64,000 nucleotides of DNA from Minisyncoccia bacterium (GCA_046598345.1 JBKJIT010000004.1:2499-66498), one strand, 5' to 3'; counted from the first letter of the stretch, positions 10,101-20,377 are shown. Numbers and translations: made by a program. The notes: generated by a model not told the origin, from the sequence alone.

Positions 10101-10397
10101 ATGACTGGTAACAACGCTACGTTTAGCATGAAGGTGCTTGCGGCTGGGCTGATCGCAGTTGTCTGCATTACTCTCGCCCTTGCGGTTTGGACGAGGGATC
10201 AACTTCGCGCCTCGTCTGTTCAGGTAGCGATGCTGACGGTAATGCTCGAAAGCGCCTACGTGCAAGAGTATCGCACGAGCGAATGTCATCTCGAGCCGGC
10301 AAGCGCAGCTGACGTTCTCACTAATGCTGAAAAAGCCTGTCTCGATGGGGTCAGGCAGCGAGCCAAGAAAGAAGTCGAACAGATCAAGAAGCTATAG
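10101..10397 (+). CDS. hypothetical membrane-anchored small protein
   Basis: one N-terminal TM helix; purine-rich stretch before ATG. Confidence 0.5.
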   Translation: MTGNNATFSMKVLAAGLIAVVCITLALAVWTRDQLRASSVQVAMLTVMLESAYVQEYRTSECHLEPASAADVLTNAEKACLDGVRQRAKKEVEQIKKL

Positions 10398-10429
10398 ATC
10401 AAAAAAGTCCAGTAGAGGCCTCTTCATCA

Positions 10430-10460
10430 AAAGCGCTCGGAAACCACGGGCGCTCTTTTT
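10430..10460 (+). terminator. weak intrinsic terminator
   Basis: gcgctcgg/cgggcgct stem (one wobble) plus T5. Confidence 0.4.
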
Positions 10461-10499
10461 ATTGTGTCTCTTCAACCTATACGTATAATGGGTGCAACT

Positions 10500-12203
10500 A
10501 TGGCACGTACTCCAGTTGAAGAAATTAAAGAGAAACTTTCGATACTTGATGTCGTGGGCTCCTATGTCGAACTCCATAAAGCAGGGAAGCAATACAAAGG
10601 GAAGTCGCCGTTTACCGACGAGAAAACCCCATCGTTTTTTGTGTCGCCGGATCGGGGTATGTACTTTTGTTTCTCTTCACAGAAAGGGGGCGACATGTTT
10701 ACCTTCATCGAAGAAATGGAGGGTGTTGATTTTAAAGGTGCTTTAAAAATTCTTGCTGAAAAGGCGGGTGTGGAGCTTATCGTCGAAGATCCAAAATTGC
10801 GTGATGCACGCGAGCAGGAATACGCGCTACTCGAAGAAGCGACAAAGTTTTTTTATGACACGAGGCGCGCGCATCCTGAGGTAGAAAAATATATTACTGA
10901 ACGGGGCGTGACTGATGCAACAATGCTGGGTTGGCGAATCGGGTATGCGCCTGACGAATGGCGTGCACTTAAGGTACATCTCACCGAAAAGAAATATACC
11001 GAAGCACAGATGCAGAAAGCAGGCCTCATTAAAAAAACGGATCCAAATAAAGATTCGTACGATGTGTTCCGTGATCGTGTCATGTTTCCAATCAAGGATT
11101 CCTCGGGCCGCGTTGTTGCGTTCTCGGGCCGCACACTCAAAAAGGAGGACGGCATCCCAAAGTATGTGAACTCTCCTGAAACAGATCTCTATAAGAAATC
11201 AGAAATTCTCTATGGTTACGACATCGCTAAGCAGAAGATTCGTCAGTACGATTTCTCACTCATCGTGGAAGGTCAGTTTGATTTGGTAATGACGCACCAG
11301 GCGGGGTATGGAAATACTGTGGCTGTCTCAGGTACCGCGCTTACGCCTCATCACATCATGCTCCTTCAGCGGCTTTCAAACCGTGCAGTCCTCGCACTCG
11401 ACTCAGATCGTGCGGGCGTAAGCGCGGTAAAACGTTCTGCCGCAATCATGCTCGAGCGCGGTATGGACGTGAAAGTGGCGCGCCTGGAGGGAGGGAAGGA
11501 TCCTGCGGATATTATTAAGTCCGACCCAGCGCTCCTTAAGAAATTTGTAGGAAGCGCAGTTCATGTTGTCGACTTTCTCCTTGAAGTCCTTAAAAAGAAT
11601 TCGAAAGATGAGCGAACGTACAAGCTTCAGGTGCGTGAAGAAATTTTGCCACTTATTCTCTCAATCCCAAATCATATCGACCGCGAGCACTTTGCGGGCG
11701 TCGTGGGTGAGGCTACTCAAACCCGTGTGGATGCTATTCATTTGGAACTCGAACGATTGGCTGAAGCCGCTCAACTCGCGAAGCGGGAAGGTAAGAAAGA
11801 AACTCCACGCACACAGGCGCATTCCTCAGCAAAACGAACTGCTGACATTCTTGAATACCTCAGTGCTGTTGCCGCGCTCGGAGAAAGTGAACGCCCGGAG
11901 CTTACCAAGACAATTATGAAGCACCTAAAGGAATTTGGTGTAGTGAGGAAAGAAAACCTCTCGGAAAAAAGCCTTTTTACAGTTGAACAGTATCTCGAGA
12001 CGCTTTCACAAAAGGCACTTCTTGAAGATGTGAGTGACAAACTTACGTTGCTAGCGCATTCTGTAGCGAAGGAACGACTGAATGAACTTGGCGCACAACT
12101 TCGTGAGGCAGAGGGAGAAGAGAATGAAAAGAAAGTTGCTGAGATTTTAAAAGAAACAAAGAGCGCCGAATCCCTCCTTCAACAGAAGATATTCTTAGAA
12201 TAA
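10500..12203 (+). CDS. dnaG: DNA primase DnaG (zinc-ribbon ligands mostly substituted)
   Basis: SPFTDEKTPSFFV..YFCFSSQKGGD aligns to CPFHxEKTPSF..YHCFGCG; TOPRIM EGQFDL..DSD; start moved to MARTPVEE at 10500 (ORF track 10464). Confidence 0.9.
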   Translation: MARTPVEEIKEKLSILDVVGSYVELHKAGKQYKGKSPFTDEKTPSFFVSPDRGMYFCFSSQKGGDMFTFIEEMEGVDFKGALKILAEKAGVELIVEDPKLRDAREQEYALLEEATKFFYDTRRAHPEVEKYITERGVTDATMLGWRIGYAPDEWRALKVHLTEKKYTEAQMQKAGLIKKTDPNKDSYDVFRDRVMFPIKDSSGRVVAFSGRTLKKEDGIPKYVNSPETDLYKKSEILYGYDIAKQKIRQYDFSLIVEGQFDLVMTHQAGYGNTVAVSGTALTPHHIMLLQRLSNRAVLALDSDRAGVSAVKRSAAIMLERGMDVKVARLEGGKDPADIIKSDPALLKKFVGSAVHVVDFLLEVLKKNSKDERTYKLQVREEILPLILSIPNHIDREHFAGVVGEATQTRVDAIHLELERLAEAAQLAKREGKKETPRTQAHSSAKRTADILEYLSAVAALGESERPELTKTIMKHLKEFGVVRKENLSEKSLFTVEQYLETLSQKALLEDVSDKLTLLAHSVAKERLNELGAQLREAEGEENEKKVAEILKETKSAESLLQQKIFLE

Positions 12204-12225
12204 AACAGGATAGAACAATAAAAAA

Positions 12226-12247
12226 AGCCCCTTTCGAAATCGGGGCT
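12226..12247. terminator. hairpin after dnaG (agcccc/ggggct) without a clear T-tract on the + strand
   Basis: stem read directly; A-run only upstream. Confidence 0.3.
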
Positions 12248-12565
12248 TCGCTACTCTTCACGCATTCGTGAAGACAGGTTTCGGTCGGTTAGTGCATCGG
12301 TGCCTCCGTGAAGGTGAACAGGTTATGCAACGGGGGACTCGGACGTTGTCTGACGGCCGATATTTCGACTATAGCATGAAATCTTTATGAAGGAGAGTAA
12401 AGAAGGGTACAACTTCAGTATGATCACGTATGTAATATTAATGAAGATCTAACGGCCGATAGGTATTACAGTAACGAAAAAACCATTTTAGAACTAAAAA
12501 CAAGGTAATTTGACACTCTACATGGACTGGACAATGTTGGGTTTTAATGTATAGTTGGGAACATT

Positions 12566-13867
12566 ATGCCAGCAAAAAAGCGTACGCAAAAGAATACACG
12601 TAGCGCATCGCCGAAAAAGAAAACGGCGAACAAGAAGCAAAAAACAACAACAAAGTCGCTCGCCACAAAAAAAGTGGTCACGAAGCGCAAAGTAGTAGCG
12701 AAGAAGGTTACTAAAAAACCACTGGCAAAGAAAACAACAAAAAAAGCTCCCGCACCGAAGAAACCAACAAAACCAGCAAAACTTTCAAAAGCAGATCAGG
12801 TACTCGAGGATAAGGCGCAAGTTCTACTTACAACAGGACGAACACGCGGGTATGTGACCTACGATGAAATTTTGAAGGAATTTCCTGAGATCGAAAACAA
12901 CGTACATTTTTTGGAGACTCTCTACGAACGCCTCGCAACGGCGTCTATTGATGTGCTTGGAAGTGGTGGCATGCTCGGTACTGAAGAGAGTGACAGTCAC
13001 ATGGACAAGAAGAATGTGTATCGTCGCAATGAGGGAAGTGGTTACGACTCTATTCAGATGTACCTCCGCGAAATTGGGCAGTACCCACTGCTTACCGGTC
13101 TTGAAGAACGCACACTTGCAAAGCGCATCGTTGATGGTGACGCAGAAGCGCGTAATCTTCTTGCACGCGCAAACCTCCGTCTCGTAGTTTCTATTGCAAA
13201 GAAGTACGTTGGACGCAGTCCTGACCTCACACTTCTCGACCTTATTCAGGAAGGGAACCTTGGTCTTTTTAAGGCCGTTGATAAATTCGACTTTACAAAG
13301 GGCTTCAAGTTTTCAACCTACGCAACGTGGTGGATCAGGCAAGCTATTACGCGTGCACTTGCCGATCAGTCCCGCACGATTCGTATTCCTGTGCACATGG
13401 TTGAAACGATGGCGAAGTACAAGCAGGTCTCACGTCGTTTGGCACAAGACTTAGGCCGCGATCCGATGGCAGAAGAAATTGCTACTGAAATGGGTGTTGA
13501 AGTGGAAAAAATCTACCAGATTGAAAAAATCAGTCAGGACACGATTTCACTCGAGCTTCCAATTGGAGACGAGGATGATCGTTCACGACTTTCAGACTTT
13601 ATTTCTGACGACAAGATCATGGCGCCAGACCAGGAAGTGGCGCATAGAATCTTGGCCGACCAGATGCAAGAGATTCTCGATACGCTTTCAGACAAGGAAC
13701 GAAAGATTCTCGAAATGCGACATGGACTACTCGACGGCACGTATCACACACTTGAAGAGGTGGGGAAGGAGTTTGGTGTTACACGAGAACGTATTCGGCA
13801 GATTGAGGCTAAGGCTTTGGAGAAAATACGCCAACACGAAAAAGCTCGAAGGTTGAAGAGCTATTAG
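12566..13867 (+). CDS. rpoD: RNA polymerase sigma factor RpoD/SigA with Lys-rich N-terminal tail
   Basis: regions 1.2–4 present ([38 protein letters not shown], region 4 HTH); follows dnaG as in MMS operon. Confidence 0.93.
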   Translation: MPAKKRTQKNTRSASPKKKTANKKQKTTTKSLATKKVVTKRKVVAKKVTKKPLAKKTTKKAPAPKKPTKPAKLSKADQVLEDKAQVLLTTGRTRGYVTYDEILKEFPEIENNVHFLETLYERLATASIDVLGSGGMLGTEESDSHMDKKNVYRRNEGSGYDSIQMYLREIGQYPLLTGLEERTLAKRIVDGDAEARNLLARANLRLVVSIAKKYVGRSPDLTLLDLIQEGNLGLFKAVDKFDFTKGFKFSTYATWWIRQAITRALADQSRTIRIPVHMVETMAKYKQVSRRLAQDLGRDPMAEEIATEMGVEVEKIYQIEKISQDTISLELPIGDEDDRSRLSDFISDDKIMAPDQEVAHRILADQMQEILDTLSDKERKILEMRHGLLDGTYHTLEEVGKEFGVTRERIRQIEAKALEKIRQHEKARRLKSY

Positions 13868-13980
13868 TTCGGCGCATCTCTGCGTTGAAACATCGGATTC
13901 CTTTTCACCTTACAGTTGTAAGGCTCATACGTAATCCTCGTTTCGCCTTGACCTGCATCCGAAAATAGCTTTTCAAACGG

Positions 13981-14012
13981 ACACAAAAACCGCCTAAGGG
14001 CGGTTTTTGTGT
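13981..14012 (+). terminator. intrinsic terminator after rpoD (14-bp stem)
   Basis: acacaaaaaccgcc / ggcggtttttgtgt. Confidence 0.6.
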
Positions 14013-14040
14013 AATTCTTCATGAAGCGTATAATTAGCGG

Positions 14041-14634
14041 ATGTTTGATTTAACTCCTGAGTGGACTTTGAAAATTTTTCTTTTGATTGTCATAACAGTG
14101 TTGTATGTTGCTGTTTTATTTAATTTTCTAAATAGACGAAATAGAAATAGACACCGGAATAAGATTTTTTTTGAAATATTAACCAGGGGCTTCAAAATAA
14201 AAAGTATTTCTTCCCTTCAAGATATTCTCCATCTTCATGGCGGAGTCTATAGATCGGGGAATGACGAAAAGCATAACAAAGGCCTAGTAGCATTGCTAGA
14301 AAGATATTTGGTGATTCTTACAATGAGCCGAGAAAAACCAGATTTCATATTGGAATGCCAACAAAAGATAAAAAGTTATATTGAAGTTGAGAAAAAGGGG
14401 TCGCCATTTACAGGACTGCCTGACAATGAAAGGAATATACTTCAAGATATGAGCAGATATCTTGAGATGGATGATAAATTGGCAGTTGAAGAAAAAATTC
14501 GAGAAATAAGCAATAATATAAAAGTTAGATACGACATCATAACTCAGCTTAAACATCAAAATCGCTGGTCAATACCAGCAGCAATTATGGGATTCATTAT
14601 CAACATTGTCTTTGCGGTCCTTTCTTTCTTTTAA
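14041..14634 (+). CDS. hypothetical membrane protein (N- and C-terminal TM helices), AT-rich gene
   Basis: long ORF, hydrophobic termini; no recognisable family. Confidence 0.5.
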   Translation: MFDLTPEWTLKIFLLIVITVLYVAVLFNFLNRRNRNRHRNKIFFEILTRGFKIKSISSLQDILHLHGGVYRSGNDEKHNKGLVALLERYLVILTMSREKPDFILECQQKIKSYIEVEKKGSPFTGLPDNERNILQDMSRYLEMDDKLAVEEKIREISNNIKVRYDIITQLKHQNRWSIPAAIMGFIINIVFAVLSFF

Positions 14635-14685
14635 ATACGCGACATCAATTTCTTTCCTTTTTAACTTTACTAATCTAGTAATCAT

Positions 14686-15186
14686 ATGCATCCGGAGGAA
14701 TATTTAGATTTGGTTGATGAGAACGACGAGGTGATTGGGACTAGACTCCGATCGGAGATTTATGCTGAGGGACTAATGAACTTCCGGGTGATTAATGCCT
14801 TTCTCAAGAATTCGAAAGGAGAGCTTTGGATTCCTCGACGTACTGCACAGAAGGCAATTTATCCGCTTGCACTTGATTTTAGTGTTTCTGGACATGTTTC
14901 GAGTGGCGAGACATACGAAGAAGCTTTTGCAAAAGAAGTCAAAGAAGAAATTAATCTTGATGTTAGTGCAGTTCTATGGAGGGAAGTCGGGTACCTTACT
15001 CCAAAGGAAGGTTTTCGGAATTATTTAAAATTATTTGAGATACAGAGCGATGAAACTCCCGTATTTAATCAGGATGATTTTATCGAAGCCATGTGGCTGA
15101 CACCAGAAGCAATTCTTGAACTCCACGCAAAAGGCGAAGCAATGAAAGGAGACATTGTCACCATCATCAAACGGTTTTATTTTTAG
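14686..15186 (+). CDS. NUDIX hydrolase
   Basis: Nudix box GHVSSGETYEEAFAKEVKEEINL. Confidence 0.65.
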   Translation: MHPEEYLDLVDENDEVIGTRLRSEIYAEGLMNFRVINAFLKNSKGELWIPRRTAQKAIYPLALDFSVSGHVSSGETYEEAFAKEVKEEINLDVSAVLWREVGYLTPKEGFRNYLKLFEIQSDETPVFNQDDFIEAMWLTPEAILELHAKGEAMKGDIVTIIKRFYF

Positions 15187-15237
15187 AAATAAAAAAGAGG
15201 GAAGCATTTGCTTCCCTCGGATTTGTTCTTGTTGGAA

Positions 15238-15573
15238 TTAAGTTGCAAGAAGGTTCAAAAATGTTTTTTGCCATGCGACACTGTCTTGCCATTCGTACCC
15301 TCTCGACGGAAGGAACTCGCTCACATCTACCAGCTCATCCGCAGAGTATCTTTCAGATTCTTCGGTGAGCATTTCCGGAAATAGCTTTTTCAATACGGGT
15401 CTCACTAGCTCGTTCAGGACGCAGTGAAAACCGGACATTGAATAGTAGTTGATTCCGGGAAAGAGCGTATTCACAAGCGGCATCAGCGAAGCAATTTTCA
15501 GCTCCTCTTGTGTAATCGCCCGAGTCTGGATGTCTGTGACGAGGGTCCAAACCAATGCTCTTTTGACCAGCAT
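15238..15573 (-). CDS. hypothetical protein
   Basis: ORF only. Confidence 0.4.
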   Translation of the reverse strand: MLVKRALVWTLVTDIQTRAITQEELKIASLMPLVNTLFPGINYYSMSGFHCVLNELVRPVLKKLFPEMLTEESERYSADELVDVSEFLPSRGYEWQDSVAWQKTFLNLLAT

Positions 15574-15715
15574 AATTCACCTCCATGAGTTGTAGGGGAA
15601 CATCAGTGCATACTGAGGATTAGAAAAGTACATTATTATTTTGATTTTGTCAATTACTTTAAAGCGTCATCATAAAAAGCTTCAGGTTCCAATGCTATAG
15701 CGAACCTAAAGTAAC

Positions 15716-15743
15716 TACACAGGGTTACCCTGTGTAGTTATAG
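15716..15743. repeat. 12-bp-stem hairpin aactacacaggg-ttac-cctgtgtagtt just upstream of secreted-protein gene (copy A)
   Basis: perfect inverted repeat; degenerate second copy at 16869–16900. Confidence 0.5.
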
Positions 15744-15755
15744 AGTCAGTAATCC

Positions 15756-16826
15756 ATGAGGGGGAGTGTGTGGTACCATTTAAAAATGAAAACCTACATA
15801 ATTTTTGCCTCGTTCATATTGTGCATGGTAACAATGTCTGAGGCAGAGGCCGCAGCACCAATTTTTCAAATAAATAATGCAAAGACCTCATATTACCAGA
15901 AAGAGAATCTTCAATTGAGTCTTTACATGGAGACGCCGCATGCTCCCATGACGGCCGCTTATTACATTGTGAACGAAAGTACTAATAAGGCGACTAAGCT
16001 TGGAGCCTTTGATCTCGAATCAATGTCAGCAGGATTTGGAGCAGGTTTAATTATTACGCAAGCGCCAGGTACATATCACTATCTTGCTGTCATTACTGAG
16101 GGAACAACAAAGACGAAATACATTACCCCAAAAATTACGATTCTGAGTCAAAGGCTAGCACCCCGACCGGAAATCCGTAATTTTATGTCTACGCTTCACG
16201 AAATTCCTTATTACGAGCAAACAACCGATCATGAATACCGACTATCGTTTCTATCGACTTCGTCGGAACAATTTAGTGATGTGATGAGTGAAATTAAGGC
16301 AAGTTGTTCGCGACCAGTCAGGTTGTATGAAAAAACAGGTTCTGTAAAATGTTCTAAAAGTGCAAAGACTATATTTAATGCGATTGGCAATAATTTTGAT
16401 GTAGGTTTCTTTATAGACGAGGATGATCTTCAAAAAGATGTTACGCTTCAACTCGAATACAAGCTTAGAAATCTTTCGGGAAAAGTACTTGATATTTTGA
16501 AGCTAAAAAGAATTCTTTCCAAAGATGCTGCAAAACACGATGCGATAATTAAAGTCAACCTTGCAAACATGAGAGCTGCTGCGGAGCTCCATTACGATGA
16601 AAAGAACAATACCTACTCAGGTCTTTGTTCTACGAAAGTAGGATTAGCGTACGACACGTTGCAGTTTCTCAAGAAGGAATTAGGGGAGGAAAGGTACTCG
16701 TGCGCTGTGTCTAATCAAGCCTATGCAATTTCTGCACCCCTTAGTACCGGCAAGTATCATTGCGTTGATAGCACAGGATTTTCAAATACTGTTAACTCTC
16801 TAATCAAAGGTACTACTTGCCAGTAA
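15756..16826 (+). CDS. hypothetical secreted protein (signal peptide; likely start at MKTYIIF, 15786)
   Basis: N-terminal hydrophobic segment ending ..MSEAEAAAP. Confidence 0.6.
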   Translation: MRGSVWYHLKMKTYIIFASFILCMVTMSEAEAAAPIFQINNAKTSYYQKENLQLSLYMETPHAPMTAAYYIVNESTNKATKLGAFDLESMSAGFGAGLIITQAPGTYHYLAVITEGTTKTKYITPKITILSQRLAPRPEIRNFMSTLHEIPYYEQTTDHEYRLSFLSTSSEQFSDVMSEIKASCSRPVRLYEKTGSVKCSKSAKTIFNAIGNNFDVGFFIDEDDLQKDVTLQLEYKLRNLSGKVLDILKLKRILSKDAAKHDAIIKVNLANMRAAAELHYDEKNNTYSGLCSTKVGLAYDTLQFLKKELGEERYSCAVSNQAYAISAPLSTGKYHCVDSTGFSNTVNSLIKGTTCQ

Positions 16827-16868
16827 GTTATAAAAAATCGTCCTTTTAAGTTTTCACGGCCAGAAAAC

Positions 16869-16900
16869 AGCAGTAACTACACAGAGTTACCCTGAGTTAT
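16869..16900. repeat. degenerate copy B of agtaactacacag..ttaccctg..agtt element
   Basis: agtaactacacagagttaccctgagtt shares 22 of 27 nt with copy A. Confidence 0.4.
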
Positions 16901-16919
16901 AAACTAATAGGATAATCGT

Positions 16920-17396
16920 ATGAAACGACTACCGATATTTTTTTTGCAAATTGTCATTGTGCTTTTTGTCATTGGGGTTTTTGTTGCGTTGCTTGTTGAG
17001 CCGCATTTTGAAGGGCGAAACGTTGGCGCGACATGGTTTCAGATTTATTTCAAAGACCCTTTTTTGGCGTATGTGTATCTTGGGTCAATTCCATTTTTTG
17101 TAGGATGCTTTCAGGTATTTAAGGTTCTTACATATATAGGAGAAAATAATGCTTTCTCACCTGCTACGTTGAATGCTGTACGAATCATAAAGAAATGTGC
17201 TCTCATTAATGCGGGTGCCGTCTTTACCGCAATAGTCTTCCTTGTGGCTGCCTCATCCTTCAATAATGAAGACGCCGCTGGCGCCGTAATGCTGGGTCTG
17301 ATTGTTACGCTTATCTCCCTTATCGCTGTAGCGGTAGCTTCAATATTCGAAGGGATTTTAAAAAATGGTATCAATCTTTTTGAAGGTAAAAAATAA
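16920..17396 (+). CDS. hypothetical polytopic membrane protein
   Basis: about 4 predicted TM segments. Confidence 0.5.
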   Translation: MKRLPIFFLQIVIVLFVIGVFVALLVEPHFEGRNVGATWFQIYFKDPFLAYVYLGSIPFFVGCFQVFKVLTYIGENNAFSPATLNAVRIIKKCALINAGAVFTAIVFLVAASSFNNEDAAGAVMLGLIVTLISLIAVAVASIFEGILKNGINLFEGKK

Positions 17397-17445
17397 GGGA
17401 GTGGGATACGTCACGATATAGAATAGTACGATCGATCGTGCTATC

Positions 17446-17889
17446 TTGCATCACGGGTTTATTTGCTATTATTTAAAGATGAAATACGAACTAAAACCAA
17501 AATCGTTTTTAATGCCTATTGTGTTTGGGGTGGCGGGGTGGATGTTGTTTGATAGTTTTGCGGCGGGAGTTGCAGCATTTGCGCTCATGCTTCTCCCGGC
17601 CATTATCGAAGTGTATGTTCCATATGCGAAAGATAATCCAGAGCACCTCTGGTTTAAGCGGAAACTGTACGGCTGGGGTTGGACGCCAGTTACCTGGCAG
17701 GGTTGGCTCGTGACATTTGTGTATGTCGGACTCGTGGCACTCTTTGCGCTTACCATTGATGACACTTCTCCAAGACGCGAAGTATTCCTTTCTTTTGTTT
17801 TGCCATTACTCATTCTCACAACGTGTTTCCTCCGCATCGCATACAAGAAGGGCGAAACACCCAAATGGCAGTGGGGAAGAAAGAAATAA
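17446..17889 (+). CDS. hypothetical membrane protein (probable start MKYELKPK at 17479)
   Basis: TM segments; Trp-rich. Confidence 0.5.
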   Translation: MHHGFICYYLKMKYELKPKSFLMPIVFGVAGWMLFDSFAAGVAAFALMLLPAIIEVYVPYAKDNPEHLWFKRKLYGWGWTPVTWQGWLVTFVYVGLVALFALTIDDTSPRREVFLSFVLPLLILTTCFLRIAYKKGETPKWQWGRKK

Positions 17890-17962
17890 CCGTTTCTTCA
17901 TGAATAATTAGCTGCGCCGAGGCCCGGCCTAGGCAATAAGTGTATGGTTAATAACATTAGCA

Positions 17963-17995
17963 ACAAAAAACCGCCCGAAGGCGGTTTTTTGTTTG
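17963..17995. terminator. bidirectional intrinsic terminator (aaaaaaccgcc-cgaa-ggcggtttttt)
   Basis: perfect stem flanked by A6/T6. Confidence 0.7.
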
Positions 17996-18007
17996 ACAAA
18001 TTGGATC

Positions 18008-18724
18008 CTAATTTACCCAACCGGTCTCTGTTGGAACTTCGTAGAAACGAAATTGTGCAAGCTTGAGGCCGTTGTTGTCATAGTCCCAGAAAAATTCCTC
18101 TGCTTCAACCCCGAAGAGAGGAACCTGAGTCACGTTGGTACATTCATCTGCGGTGAATACACCGTCACCATTTGTGTCAGTGAACTCAGTGCAGTAATCA
18201 ACGTAGAGAAGGTCTCTGCTGACATTCTCGAATGTTGACTTACCTGTAGTGCGTTCAATCTCAATTTGACTTACGCCACCATCGAAATCAACGGCACACC
18301 ATGTGCCGGTTGAATCTGTGTAGCATGATTGCATGAGTGCACTTCCACCTGGTTTCCCAAGTGCGCGGACATACACTGAATACTCAGTGGTTCCATCGCC
18401 ATCAGGGTCAGGGTTTGGAAGCTGGAATGATGCACCGTTTGCATCAGTACCATTCGCGTCAAGAACTGTATAGTCACCTTCTGTAAGAAGGATTTTCGCT
18501 TTACCTGTGAGAGGTACAAAGATGCGGTGGCCATTGTTTCCAGTCATGTCCGCAGTTTTGTCCTTGGGAACGCCAATAATATTAAGGTTGTAATGAGCAC
18601 CACTTGGTGCACCATTGCCGGTCTCACCGACTGCCGCGCTGGATGTAAACGGAATAAGGGAAACGAGAAGTGTGAGCAGTACGAAGGCTGCTAAACCTAT
18701 ACTGCCCGCTTTTGTAAGAACCAT
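18008..18724 (-). CDS. hypothetical secreted protein
   Basis: N-terminal signal/anchor GSIGLAAFVLLTLLVSLIPFTSSAAVG. Confidence 0.55.
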   Translation of the reverse strand: MVLTKAGSIGLAAFVLLTLLVSLIPFTSSAAVGETGNGAPSGAHYNLNIIGVPKDKTADMTGNNGHRIFVPLTGKAKILLTEGDYTVLDANGTDANGASFQLPNPDPDGDGTTEYSVYVRALGKPGGSALMQSCYTDSTGTWCAVDFDGGVSQIEIERTTGKSTFENVSRDLLYVDYCTEFTDTNGDGVFTADECTNVTQVPLFGVEAEEFFWDYDNNGLKLAQFRFYEVPTETGWVN

Positions 18725-19158
18725 AGTTATTATTATTGTTTAATTACTAATAATAATACCTCCAAAAAACTTGCCGCAGGCTAGCTCTGCGGCTTTGTAA
18801 GTGTAGGGAACTTCATCAGCTCTGTATATTGACATACGATCATTACGTTCTTTAAAGATGGCAGAGTGTAAGGGTGAGAAAAAATTTTCTAAGCACAGGA
18901 CACACTTCATAACTTTGCAACATACAAAGTCATGTATTTTGATTGTTTAGTACGTTTTGGAGATGCTTGAAACTTTCCGAGGAAAGACCTTGGGCATGGG
19001 TATCCGCTTTAAGAAGATCGAAGACGTAGATTTAAAGGCACTCGAAAAAGTCCTCAAACTAGCCGCCAGAGATCCCGGCTTTAATTAATATCTTCATGAA
19101 CAAGTTTCTATAGGCTGTGGTACAGTTGAGCCTTACTCCGCAATAACTATCACTATAT

Positions 19159-19494
19159 ATGCAAAAATTTCTAGTTCACTTTATTGCTCCAGGGTCCATG
19201 ATGGACGAATGGATGAAAACTCCTCAAGAAGAACGTGAAGCACAGGAGAAGAAAATGAAGGAAGAGTGGGGCGCGTGGACTGGAGCACACAGCGATCTTA
19301 TTAAAGAGACAACAGGAGCAGGGAAGACGAAGAAGGTTACTTCAGAGGGAGTTTCAGATTCACGAAATGATCTCATGCTTTACTCAATAGTTGAAGCTGA
19401 GTCACATGAGGCAGCAGCAAAAGCCTTTGAAGGACACCCACACTTTGGTATTCCAGGAGCAACAATCGAGGTCATGACCACTCGGGCGATGTAA
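19159..19494 (+). CDS. hypothetical small protein (possibly Dabb-like alpha+beta barrel)
   Basis: weak resemblance only (..YSIVEAESHEAAAKAFEGHPHF..). Confidence 0.4.
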   Translation: MQKFLVHFIAPGSMMDEWMKTPQEEREAQEKKMKEEWGAWTGAHSDLIKETTGAGKTKKVTSEGVSDSRNDLMLYSIVEAESHEAAAKAFEGHPHFGIPGATIEVMTTRAM

Positions 19495-19512
19495 GACAAG
19501 AGTACAAATCAA

Positions 19513-19541
19513 AGATTCCCGAGTTCACTCGGGAATTTTTG
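19513..19541 (+). terminator. intrinsic terminator
   Basis: attcccgag/ctcgggaat stem plus T5. Confidence 0.6.
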
Positions 19542-19576
19542 ATTGTCATAATTCTGAGACCATACTAAACCATCTG

Positions 19577-19822
19577 TTGATGGAAACGGCTGGTTTTATA
19601 GTAGAGTGTAGAAGTATGTTTGAATCAAGTAATTTTAAAAGTGAAAAGGTGAGAGAAGCGGAACTCATAGCGGAAGTTGAGGAGTCATGGGCTGTGCTTG
19701 AAAAAGCAATTGATACGTTGGGCAAAATGAGGCCGCACCCTGAGGTTATTTTGAAACTACGAATACGATACGAGAATGCCATGAAGGCCCTTCAGGATTT
19801 TAGAGAAGCTGAGCAAAAGTGA
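19577..19822 (+). CDS. hypothetical small protein
   Basis: ORF only. Confidence 0.3.
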   Translation: MMETAGFIVECRSMFESSNFKSEKVREAELIAEVEESWAVLEKAIDTLGKMRPHPEVILKLRIRYENAMKALQDFREAEQK

Positions 19823-19923
19823 TAATAAGAAATTAAACGCTTTAATTAACCATAAAAAAGTTGTTTATTTCTAAAATCTCGTATAGTATCCCGGCAGATC
19901 GATAGAGAGGAAAGGGGTGAACT

Positions 19924-20322
19924 GTGGTTGAAGAAGATACGTTTCTATACCTAAAGACGAAGCTCCAGAAAGCACGAAAGTATCATCTCTGTGTTGAGTG
20001 TAAGAAATGGATTGTGAGAGGTACCACGTACCGTTTCAACTCATGTGCGTTTCTCCCTCGGGGCAGGTCGCAGCCATTTCATGACTCCGCAAAGATGTGC
20101 GTGCACTGTCACAAAGATTGGGAAACCCTTCTTGCTGCGGAGTATATGCACACTCCATACGTCCCCATAAAGCACTATGGAGGACTGCACATGCGCATTT
20201 TGAACGCGCATGAGAACGGTTGGCTTCAAAAGATAAAAGAGCAACGACTCTACAACCGGTATCGTCGGGAAAAGTTTCCCCGCCAACCTGAACCCCTCCA
20301 GATGAGCCTCGTGCTCACCTGA
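19924..20322 (+). CDS. hypothetical Cys-rich (CxxC x2) putative zinc-binding protein
   Basis: CVECKKW and CVHCHKDW. Confidence 0.4.
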   Translation: MVEEDTFLYLKTKLQKARKYHLCVECKKWIVRGTTYRFNSCAFLPRGRSQPFHDSAKMCVHCHKDWETLLAAEYMHTPYVPIKHYGGLHMRILNAHENGWLQKIKEQRLYNRYRREKFPRQPEPLQMSLVLT

Positions 20323-20377
20323 ACCCGCCTACCATAGGCGGGATTTGTTTTGTAAAACGCAATGATACTATGTACAT

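Noticed and set aside
12253-12565. Possible riboswitch or tRNA in the 360-nt dnaG–rpoD spacer
   Set aside because: There are several short hairpins but no recognisable tRNA T-arm or known riboswitch consensus by eye. No call is made.
18964-19089. 41-aa ORF MLETFRGKTLGMGIRFKKIEDVDLKALEKVLKLAARDPGFN
   Set aside because: It is too short and lacks clear RBS or terminator support to annotate.
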